From Octopus vulgaris (lineage: Eukaryota): a stretch of 64,000 bases of DNA. Position numbers and translations under genes: made by a program. Positions within the stretch are counted from its first letter, which is position 1. Each line of letters begins with the position of its first letter. Below are positions 53,128 to 64,000 of this stretch, piece by piece. The stretch covers positions 94,178,001-94,242,000 of the forward strand of contig OX597819.1 in NCBI GenBank assembly GCA_951406725.2, read 5' to 3'. The notes beneath the pieces were generated by a model. That model was not told the DNA's origin. It worked only from the letters and a program-made list of their open reading frames with translations, and searched no databases.

Positions 53128-53471
53128 GCTTTTATAATGAACATGAGAAAAGTACTCTATACATGGTGTAGAGTATAATTATACTTATTTCTTTTGTACC
53201 ATTTACCATTCATCCTAGCACATACAAGCAGACAACATGAGAAACTGTAATATTAAAAATGTTTTTTTATCCCAAATGATACAAAATACTATTTATTTCA
53301 CTGGATAATACAGACCACATGAGTCACTCGTAATTACTGATAGTACCTGACAGAAATTACCAAAAAATTAAGAGGAAACAGCTTTGCTTGAATTGATAAC
53401 ACTGTGGAACACGATTTTTGTCCTTGTGTAGCAACTGTTATTTCTTATTTGCTTATACCTATAAAGTATGA

Positions 53472-53789
53472 AAATGACTATTTCCTTCAAACTTTGCTTT
53501 TGTTATGATATTTATTTAAACATCAAAGAATCTCTCTCTGCACATGACTGTGATGCTCCCCAACAACTCCTGTTTATGATCAGAGATGCACATATAGTCA
53601 GTCACTAAGAGGTATGCTCAAGCAATTGACAAGCAAATCTGTGGTACTGAGCAGAATATTTGCTATAACAACATTACTGCTTCAGCAACTCAACACTGAA
53701 TCTGTCTGAAATGTAATGGAAAAAGGTCAGTTTCAAAACATTGACATCCAAGTCACAAAAGCAAAGTTTGAAGGGAATAGTAGTCATTT
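53472..53789. mobile_element. MITE with ~32-bp TIRs
   Basis: AAATGACTATTTCCTTCAAACTTTGCTTTTGT / ACAAAAGCAAAGTTTGAAGGGAATAGTAGTCATTT. Confidence 0.75.
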
Positions 53790-54159
53790 CCTTTGATTTC
53801 TTGATAGAAGCAAATAGGAAATAACTCTTTCTGATCAAAGTAAAAGATAATAATTTTGTTACATAGTGTAATTGAAATTCTGGGAACACAAAATGTTTCT
53901 ACTTCACATTATTGCACAATCAAATGAAATAAATTTTGTTCAAGTTGATATATTTTTTCGTGTAGGTTCCATGATAACTCTTATGTCACACAGTGCATAT
54001 AAGAATAGGCTTTTCATGATAGAGTAACTGTACTAGTTTGTAGGAGTTAATACTGTGTCTTGATTTTACATGTCATATTGCTCTGTCATAAACATATAGT
54101 CTGTAGGTTAAGCCAGCTTACAGTTCAAAATCTGCTTGAACAGAAATATGCTTGAAGAG

Positions 54160-54936
54160 TTGACCATTAATTTTCTTTACATGGAAACATGAGAAGGTTT
54201 CTTCCGCCTTGTTCCAAATACAATCAGGTATATTTGATATCTTGAGTCTTTTTAAGTTACACATAGATGACAACAGCAACTACCATGAGTATTATATTCC
54301 TTTGTCTTTGCAATGATATTCCATTTTATCATGCAGTTGCTTTCTCTTCAATCCTTCAAAATACAAAAGATATTTTAAAAGTGATGTTACATTGCATTGA
54401 TTTCTGGATCTAAATGAATGAGTGTTCTGTGTGAATCTATGCTTAAATGTGTATTTGATCAACCCAATGTACATTTTTATTGAATCATCAATCAATTCTA
54501 TGTTAGATTCTTTTGACAATTATTTTCTAAATGAAAGATATCTAGCTGTGTCTCTGCAATTTCATTGTTGTTTGTTTGATTTATAGATTTTTGGTTATGG
54601 ATAGAGATGTTACCTATCAAATATAACTAATCTTAAAAGATATTTTGTTATATTTGTGTGAATTTGAGCAATACATACTGATTTGTATGAAGGCCTGGCT
54701 ACTTTTTTTAGATACAGTGAATCTATGGAGGGGATTAATCCTATGGACTGATCTTTGTGTCTCAACTTAATGTTGAAACTGCTGCTAGCAAGGCGCTTAT
54801 TGTAGTTTGGAACTACTTTGTTGAATATTTCTCTGATGACAGTTTAGATATGTGTCTGCTTATGCAATCTGTAATGTGCTATCTGTAATGATCATAGGCA
54901 GGTGATGGTAGAAGCTCCTATTTATATATATATATG

Positions 54937-54973
<37 letters not shown>

Positions 54974-55300
54974 TCGTCATTAGGCTCACAGCAGAGATTG
55001 AGTTTAGTGTTGCATCTAAGAAATTTACTATCTTCAAGTTTATATTCATCACAATTTTCAAAGGAAACATTTTAAACGTTTTGATTAATGTTTTCTGAGT
55101 TCCTCTACATAATGTTCACTCATGTTGTAGGTTATTACAAGTCTGTCATCTTTGTAAAATTCTATGTTTGTAGATCTAGCTCTGCTTCTCATTGTATGTA
55201 GTATATATCTTCCAGTCAAATCCGAAATTTCCACTTCATCATAGCATCAAAAAGTTCATACCTATGTTTCATAACGTAGAAACAATTGTTATAAAATAAC
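54160..55300 (-). mobile_element. decayed Penelope-like retroelement (RT C-terminal part and GIY-YIG endonuclease)
   Basis: Minus translations: NLKIVNFLDATLN (~55000-55043), INPPHR, NCRD, YIGLIKYTFKHRFTQNTHSFR, IKWNIIAKTKEYN...CHLCVT. Confidence 0.7.
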
Positions 55301-55635
55301 AATGGTTTTCTCATCCATTATAATATTGATATTGGCATTGGTTATGGTACTCTAAGTTATTTTCACAAATTCAGTAATCTTTTAAAGATGGATGGGTTTA
55401 ATTCCATAACACTTAATTGGGGAATCTGCAGTTCAGTTAATCTTTTGACATTATCAAACCACCTGACAATGGTGCTGCTACAATTTCTTTACATTAAGTT
55501 TGTTGTATGTCCTACTTTTTGTATCTTGTGTGCATGCACACAGACACACACACATTGGATTATTTTGATTAGCTATGAAGTGGCAATGGATTCAAGTTTG
55601 TTTCTTTTATATATATAAATACAAAGACACATATA

Positions 55636-56382
55636 CGTATGAATAACAAAGTTGTAGCACTCCTGCCACTTAATGAAGGTACCATGGAGGTCTTCCAAAA
55701 TGGTGTTCAGGACCCTTGCCACAGCTTCCTTCATCTCCAACTTGCAGGGGGAGCAAGTTCTGGACTGTAGGGAGGTTGAGGGACAGTTTTGATGCCCACT
55801 TCTGTCAATTAATAGGTTATCACAATGGAAATGTGGACTGGTGCATAGTCCTGGTGTAGGTGCTCTGCTCTTTTGCATCAAAATTTCATCCTGAATTCCC
55901 TCAAAACCTCCACAATGTACTCTTTGTTGACTGTCTGGCCAGAGGGAACCCAGTGAATGATGCCCTTGTTATTATAAAAGAATATCATCATGAGCTTCTC
56001 AGTGGACTTCCTTTGCCTGGCCTCTTGTGCCAGTGAAAAACAGAGGGTCAGCTCGAATAAATTTATCCATAAGCAGACTGGAGCATTTCATAAGTTTCTC
56101 TTGCATTTTTGTTCAGCTTAACACAAAACTTCATTGCACAGTGAGTTTCCCAATCATCTTCTCGCCCTGATGACATTCTGCAAACTAGTCTGCTGCGACA
56201 AGTAGTGTTTAGTAGGGTGTGTTCAAAGTGCAGTCACAGCATATCTCCTTCAACCTGGAATAACAGAAGTTGGTGGCTCAACATATTAGATGTATTGTAA
56301 TGATATACTAAGATTGGGACAGTAGTTATAACTGCTTCTCCTAGAAGAGTCTCAAAACTCCTGGAATTAACTCACACTCACG
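55636..56382 (-). mobile_element. internally deleted mariner transposon remnant
   Basis: Minus translations: KLMMIFFYNNKGIIHWVPSGQTVNKEYIVEVLREF, HLHQDYAPVH, IKTVPQPPYSPELAPC (mariner YSPDLAP motif). Confidence 0.85.
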
Positions 56383-56403
56383 TGTATATGTGTATGTGTG
56401 TGT

Positions 56404-56409
56404 AGATAA

Positions 56410-56471
<62 letters not shown>

Positions 56472-56486
56472 TGATAGATAGATAGA
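56404..56486. repeat. (GATA)n microsatellite
   Basis: Direct reading. Confidence 0.95.
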
Positions 56487-57262
56487 GATATAAAATACAA
56501 TACACACATATATATAATCTCGGTTCAATTTATGTATGCTAAATGACTATTCCAAACAGTTTACTTATGTTATACATCAGTACCTTAAGTTTTAAATGCA
56601 CTGAGATACCATAATTGAAGTTCAAGATTATAGCTAAAATTCAAACTTGTTTATCAGTTGAATTCTTATTAACTCTATTGCTGTAGCAAGACATTTTGGA
56701 TTGGATGCCCTAAGCAATGTCAATTCTATGAAAGAAAACTATAAAAAAAAAGAAAAATTATGTGTCTATCTTTGATTTCATGCATTTTTTAAATAACACC
56801 TTTATATTTTTTCTTTTTCTTTTTTTTTTTCAAATCTTATATGCAGGTTGTTTACAAATAATATATATGAAAATAATCTTTTAACAAATAATACACTCAT
56901 GTTATATAAATATATGTAAACTGGAGAATATGATGTCATAATGACAGTACCAAATGGCTTCCTATAAATTTGAAGCATGTACAGAGAAATTCATTCATTA
57001 TAGTGAAGGAAACAAGCTTTTGAAATAATCATGGGAGATGAAATCTATTTTGGTGAAAAATAGTAAAACAAAATGCATTGAACACATATATATTTCTATA
57101 TTATTAGAGCAATTATATTTACAGATTTATCATATAGCAACTTATGACATACCGCTTAAATAAGTGTTAACATATTCAATGCAAAGAGCCATACAAATCT
57201 ATATAGAAATAATGCAGCTAGGAAAGAACAATATTAGTGAAAGACTAATATTTTGGTCAGAA

Positions 57263-57450
57263 CTTAAAGGCAGTTAACTGGCAGAATAGTTAGCACACTG
57301 GGAAAATGCTTAGCATCTGCTGAAGTCATTTTGTTTTTGTCTTTCATTCTTTTGGGGTTGATCAAATAAGTACCATTTGGGCACTGGGATCAATGTAATC
57401 AACTTACTTCTTCCCCTAAAATTGCTGGCCTTGTACCAAAATTTGAAACC
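57263..57450 (+). mobile_element. SINE family C variant with 16-bp TSD
   Basis: TSD AATATTTTGGTCAGAA at 57247-57262 and 57451-57466. The 3' tail (...CCTTGTACCAAAATTTGAAACC) differs from the other C copies. Confidence 0.8.
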
Positions 57451-57720
57451 AATATTTTGGTCAGAATCTCCAGTCATGTTTTCAGGTGTTTTAATCTACT
57501 GAACTACTAAGCTCTTTGAATTATCATTTAGGTGGTTGAGTATTCCATGAATGTATTTATTGTTAACATAATTCTCTGGTAGAATCAATGCAACAGTGAG
57601 ACAAGGGAGGACCGTTGCATTACAAATACAATCCATTCATAGGGCTTGCTGGCACAGTTTCTGACTGCCAAATTTCCCTCAAAATGCACAGGGTGGCCTG
57701 TGACTGTAACAAAAGACACC

Positions 57721-57897
57721 CAGGAGTGGCAGTGTGGTAAGAAGCTTCTCAACTTCGTGGTTCTGGGTTCAGTCCCACTGCATGGCATCTTGGGCAAGTG
57801 TCTTCTACTATAGCTTTGGGCTGACCAAAGCCTTGTGAGTGGATTTGGAGGACAGAAACTGAAAGAAGCACGTCATGTGTGTGTGTATGTGTGTGTA

Positions 57898-57953
<56 letters not shown>

Positions 57954-58020
57954 TGTCTGTGTTTGTCCCTCCATCACAGCTTGATAATTGGTGTTGATGT
58001 GTTTACATCCCCATAAATTA
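57721..58020 (+). mobile_element. SINE family A, 3'-truncated next to a Penelope-like element
   Basis: Head CAGGAGTGGCAGTGTGGTAAG, expanded (TG)n, ends at ...TTTACATCCCCATAAATTA. Confidence 0.85.
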
Positions 58021-58925
58021 GTGAGAATTTATAAAAAAACAAAAGATGAACAGGTGTGTAAACAACAAACAGATGTATTAGTTTAACACTTGGGAAGTGA
58101 GAAAGTCTTTTACATTTTGAGCCTACGCTCTTCGACAGAAAGGAACACAGAAATAAACAGGGAGAGAAAATAGAAAAAGGTTTAGTGGCTAGCGATCTAT
58201 CATGGCAAATGCCAGGCAGAGGGGTTACACAAGAGAGCTAGGAAGAAGGGGAGATAATAAAGTAGTGGTGATCCCAAAACGAAGGTGCACGTGCGTGTGT
58301 ATGTGAGAGCATGTATGTGCATACAGTAGGAGGCTGGTGGCATTGACGTGTGCATGTGTAGGTGTGTGGATGATGGTGTAGGTGCTGGAAAGTGGTCAGT
58401 GCTAGTATGTGTGGGGTGGTGTGATGGGGTGTGGTGTGTGGTGTGTTGTGGTGGTGTTGGGGTGTGGGGAAGGCGAGATTGGGGGAAGCAAGGGTGGGGT
58501 TTAAGGGATGGGGTGCGGGCGAGATGGGATGTATAGGGATGGTGGGGTTGGAATGTGTAGGGGTGAGGTAACAAGGGAGGGGTGACGATGAAAGGAGAGG
58601 GTGGAAGGGAGAAGGTGGGTAGGTGTGAAGAGAGGAAGTAGGTGCCAGAGCAAGAGAGGAGAGGTGGGTGGGAGGAAGTAGGTGTGAAAGGAAGAGAGGA
58701 GAGAGGGGGGATTAGATGAAGAGGGGAGGATAGTTGAGCCCATGTGGTGCAAGGGAGTGAAGAGAGAAGATTAATCCCTGCTCATGGCAAAGACGGGAGT
58801 CCAGATGGCCCCTGTGCAAAGACAATCCAAACACAGATGTGTTGTAACGAGTGACCGGTAGAGGAAAATGGCATGAGACCAAGGTCTCGTTGCTGAGTCG
58901 GATGTCTTGAAGGTGTTCTGCGAGC
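58021..58925 (-). mobile_element. Penelope-like retroelement 3' portion (GIY-YIG C-terminus, C-rich spacer, terminal repeat with decayed hammerhead)
   Basis: Minus translation LAEHLQDIR...VSCHF / TGHS...SVFGL...EQGLIFSLHSLAPHGLN...stop at 58712. Hammerhead relic at 58107-58142. Confidence 0.85.
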
Positions 58926-60019
58926 ATATATTCATGTGTGTGTATGTGTGCGTTTGTATGTGTGTGTGTGTGTGTAGGCCTATGTAAAGTTATACATATA
59001 TATATATCAAAGACTTTGACATGATTTCCATCAACCAAATTTATTTTACTAGGCTTTGATCCACCCTGAGGTAGAAGGCAACATTAAAAAGCCCTGTGCA
59101 GAGGGACTGAACTTTGAAACATCTGCATACAAAACGGACTTCTTCAGCACACAGCCATGTTTGCAACTATGACAATACTTCTATTTCTGTCTATCAAAAT
59201 GGAAACATCCTTCCAATAAAGGTATATAAAAAAAGCATGATCCACAAAAGTATAATACAAAAGACATAATGAAGAAAAACTTCATTGTATAATGCAGTTA
59301 TAGTTTGTTGTCAAATATAGAACTGGAATAACTATAGGTAAATAAGAGGAACCTTTGATGCCATATATTACAGAAGGAATTAATTAATAATATTAGACTG
59401 AAGCAGGATTTATTGTAATAAAAGCCGAAACTGTGGGACTTCCCAAAATTCTATGAACCAACTATTTATACAACAGATGCTTGCTCACCTATGGACAAAA
59501 GCAAAATGTGGCTATAGATTAAATAATAATAGTTATACAATAGACAGCAGAAACCATAGAAGGTATATATATATATAGATATATATATTTATATTTATAT
59601 ATATATATATATGTATATACATATATATATATATATACACACATACATATATACATATAATGCATACACACATTTATATACACATGCACATACATACACA
59701 CACATACACACACATGCACACGCACATACACACCTATACATATATATCTACATGTGTATTTATACCCACCCACACTCATACAAATACGGATATGTGCTAT
59801 ATGCACACTCACATACATGTATATGTGTATGATGGGGATATGTGTGAATGTATGCTGATGGCTCATTCTGTTGCTACTAAGAATTCCTTGGACAATTGCA
59901 CATAATAGGAAACACCAAGGAACAACTGAGAGAATCTTCAGCTTTCCCTAAATAAACAAATTCTGCTGCATGTTTTGGAAACACTTTCAATTATAACTCC
60001 ATATACATATGTACGTATA

Positions 60020-60078
<59 letters not shown>

Positions 60079-60087
60079 ATTTATATG

Positions 60088-60137
<50 letters not shown>

Positions 60138-60170
60138 TATATATATATATATGTGTGTGTGTGTGTATAT

Positions 60171-60327
60171 AAACCTTTTTCTATTTTCTCTCCCTGTTTA
60201 TTTCTGTTTTCCTTTCTGTCAAAGAGTGTAGGCTCAAAATGTAAAAGACTTTCTCACTTCCTGAGTGTTAAACTAATACATTGTTATTTACACACCAGTC
60301 TTCATCTTTTTTTTTATAAATTCTCAC
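60171..60327 (+). mobile_element. Penelope-like terminal segment, inverted relative to 58021-58183
   Basis: Close reverse complement of 58021-58183, with hammerhead relic at 60212-60247. Confidence 0.8.
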
Positions 60328-60333
60328 TATATA

Positions 60334-60749
60334 TTACTCTTTTACTCTTTACTCTTTTACTTGTTTCAGTCATTTGACTGCGGCCATGCTGGAGCACCGC
60401 CTTTTGTCGAGCAACTCGACCCCGGGACTTATTCTTTTTGTAAGCCCAGTACTTATTCTACCGGTCTCTTTTTGCCGAACCGCTAAGTGACGGGGACGTA
60501 AACACACCAGCATCGGTTGTCAAGCAATGCTAGGGGGACAAACACAGACACACAAACACACACACATACATATATATATACATATATACGACAGGCTTCT
60601 TTCAGTTTCCGTCTACCAAATCCACTCACAAGGCATTGGTCGGCCCGGGGCTATAGCAGAAGACACTTGCCCAAGATGCCACACAGTGGGACTGATCCCG
60701 GAACCATATAGTTGGTTAGCAAGCTACTTACCACACAGCCACTCCTGCA

Positions 60750-60751
<2 letters not shown>
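60334..60751 (-). mobile_element. SINE family A, full length
   Basis: Near-identical reverse complement of the 25223 copy. Confidence 0.92.
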
Positions 60752-60805
<54 letters not shown>

Positions 60806-61042
60806 TCAGTTTCAATTGTGAAAGAGCATCTAGTAACTAATACTCATTGATAAGTTTAATAAAGCAGACTATAAGGTTCTTTCCCAAACTGAATTGATAT
60901 ATTATGTACATATATATTGTGTGTATGGGTATTTTGGTATGTATGGTTGTTAGTATGTTTTTTTTCTGTAGTATCAGCTCAGAGCTGCAGCCATGCTGAT
61001 GCACTGCCGTTAACAAGTATGGAAAAAAATGGACAATGTTAC

Positions 61043-61122
<80 letters not shown>

Positions 61123-61382
61123 TGTTCTGACAGTCTTCAAATGTAAAGCCAGACAAAGTACCACTAAGCATTACACGCGGTGCACTAACCTTTTCTGCCA
61201 GCTCACCACCTTGTAAATAATATAACTGATTCCTTTATGCATAAATAATATTTGCATTGATCTTTATAGGTTGAACATGTTATCAATATAGGCTAGCTAC
61301 AAGAGTCCATTCCACAATATGTAAACCATTTCATGTCAAAATCATTGCAAATTGACATGTTGGGATATATTCTTTTATTTTT

Positions 61383-61710
61383 CTATTCTTTTACCTGTTC
61401 CAGTCACTTGACTGCAGCCATGCTGGAGCACCGATTTTGGTCCAACAAATCAACCCCAGAACTTATTCTCTGTAAACCTAGTACTTATTCTATCAGTCTA
61501 TTTTGCTGAACTGCTAAGTTGTCAAGTGATGGTGGAGGTGACGAAAACACAAACATAAAGATGCACACACAAATATATATATATATATACAACAGGCTTC
61601 TTTCAGTTTCCATCAACCATATCCACTCACAAGGCTTTGGTCAGCCTGAGGCTATAGAAAAAAACACTTGTCCAAGGTGCCAGGTAGTGGAACTGAACCC
61701 GAAACCATGT
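61383..61710 (-). mobile_element. SINE family A, diverged
   Basis: Colinear reverse complement with deletions. Confidence 0.8.
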
Positions 61711-62467
61711 ATACAATAAAAGGATAGCAGTGTTTAAAATGTAATACAACATGAATAACAAATTAAAAATTCATAATGGTAACAAAAAGAAACCAAAGTA
61801 CCCATGAAAGAGTAAGATCTGCCAACCATGGGGGATCAAGACCCAGATCAATTTGCATGCAGAATAGTCATTGTCTTCTAACTGGAATCTCCAGGCAAAA
61901 TTCGAGAATTGGTCTTATTACATTTATCAGTTCTCCACTTGTACTGACTTTTCCTCAAATTTTTTTTGTGTGTGTGTTGGGGGGGGGGGGCATCATCTTC
62001 CTCTCCCACTTCGTCCTTAATTTCAAGTGCGACTGAAAAAGTTGACATGCAAGTAGGAGATAAGAAGTGCTTGGCAGTGATCCTTGTTTTGCATCTCCTT
62101 ATATATCATGGCAGCAGTCTTGGCAGCTATGCAGTGCTCCAACTCCACCTTTTGCTTTGCCACATCCTTGGTCTTAAAGACCATCTACATACTTCTAAGT
62201 GTTCAACCCTATTCTTTGTAAGCCTAGTACATCTGTTTCTAAAATATTCACTACATTAGCTCGTGTGCGTTCCTTACTTTAAACATCCCACTCCATTTAA
62301 AAGAAAACTATCATGAGCAAGAGTAAACTTTAAATAAAGATGTATTATTACCATTATTAATAATATTAATAAGGTAATAAATAAGATGGCCAGCAAGTTC
62401 ACACCATTACAGGCACAATATATGGCAAATTTAGATACATATATATATATATATACATATATATATT

Positions 62468-62533
<66 letters not shown>

Positions 62534-63528
62534 ATACATGTGTGTGTGTGTGAGCCTGAATTTAAAAAGTCAATTTTAGAATCAACTGTCAGAAATAATT
62601 CATCAAAGTAGTTTTTCTAAAGAATCTTACTTTTTTGAGATTTTTATATATTTGTTTACAATTATTTTAGACTGAACTATTTCAAGACAAATATCTACTT
62701 TTAGATGAAAGTGGTAAATTAATATTTAACTAATTTCTAAAATCTGAAACCATTTAATTTATCGTTCTTTGATTTTCATTGAATGCACAGTGAAATTATT
62801 TCACTAATTATTTGAATAAATAGTTTTGCTGATCTTAGCTTTTACTGTAGTAGCTCTAATTTCTTTATAAATGTTTTATAATATAATATACTGTTCTCTT
62901 AACTCTGTCAAGTGAGTTTGCCGTTTTTTATCAGACAACAGATCTGCTTTGTTTGGTAGATAAAATTTTATTCTATTTGATTTCATTAATTAACTAGCAT
63001 TTTATAGCATGCAAGTAACAATTTCTAGGATATTCTGAATATTCCAGTTTCTATTTACAAATAAAAATTAAACTTTAAAATTATTATTGTGCAACAAATG
63101 CCAGACAAAAAAAAAAAGGAAATTAAAACAGCAAAAATGAATTAAAATAACAAAAATGTTATCTTAACAAACACAAACGTAACATTTCTTTATGAGACAC
63201 TGGATTAATATATTTCTAAAGCTTTATATTAATATTTGATGGCTATTTGCAACATCAGTGTCTGAAAATATTCTGTTTTTCTATATACCATAGCAGCAAG
63301 ATTTGACTGGCATGTGGTAACTGCATGCTTCTCACTGATGTTTTCCAATAGAAGGAAATAACTTTATATGGGAATTCCAGTGCCATGACAGACAATTCTG
63401 TCCACTATGAACTATGTATGTGCTTTCATGTACCAAGGACCTATATGATAGGATCTCTCAAGCCTAATAATGCAATTTTGGGTGTTCTAACAAGACATCC
63501 ATGCTAAGTTGCATACAAAGATTACCTA

Positions 63529-63745
63529 TTACTCTTTAGTCTTTTACTTGCTTCAGTCATTTGACTGTGGCCATGCTGGAGCACCGCCTTTAGTCAAGCA
63601 AATCGACCCCAGGACTTATTCTTTGTAAGCCTAGTACTTATTCTATCGGTCTCTTTTGCCGAACCGCTAAGTTACGGGGACGTAAACACACCAGCATCGG
63701 TTGTCAAGCGATATTGAGGGGACAAACACAGACACACAAACATAT

Positions 63746-63796
<51 letters not shown>

Positions 63797-63967
63797 CATA
63801 TATACGATGGGCTTCTTTCAGTTTCCGTGTACGAAATCTACTCACAAGGCTTTGGTCGGCCCAAGGCTATAGTAGAAGACACTTGCCCAAGGTGCCATGC
63901 AGTAGGACTGAACCCGGAACCATGTGGTTGGTAAGCAAGCTACTTACCACACAGCCACTCCTACACC
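63529..63967 (-). mobile_element. SINE family A, full length
   Basis: Complete tail-to-head reverse complement. Confidence 0.92.
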
Positions 63968-64000
63968 TATTGTAAATTTATTTAATATAGCTTTTTCGAA

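Noticed and set aside
61776-62259. Two overlapping ORFs in a GC-richer patch
   Set aside because: No recognisable motif or paired splice sites; possibly an old TE relic that I cannot assign.

Overview
AT-rich, repeat-dominated eukaryotic DNA, most likely intronic sequence of a coleoid cephalopod (Octopus-like). That assignment is inferred from the SINE families and the extreme (TA)n/(TG)n/(CAT)n density. Nearly all ORFs in the track are microsatellite or SINE artefacts. One convincing coding exon is visible (22425-22800, +, Ser-rich with 12-aa repeats, gene not recognised), plus a few weak exon candidates. The rest is several SINE families (three copies with clear TSDs), decayed CR1 and RTE LINEs, two Penelope-like (GIY-YIG) remnants, mariner remnants including a fold-back derivative, and hAT/piggyBac-type MITEs. 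The main hidden signal is a series of type-I hammerhead ribozyme motifs (CUGANGA...GAAA...NUH with a palindromic stem III). Two have intact cores (5918-6046 minus, 32727-32802 plus), one has a core variant, and several are decayed, often inside short inverted-repeat elements next to (TA)n tracts. A CR1 3' end matching the tail of the dominant SINE suggests its partner LINE. Family labels A-E are my own, and all alignments and folds were done by eye.
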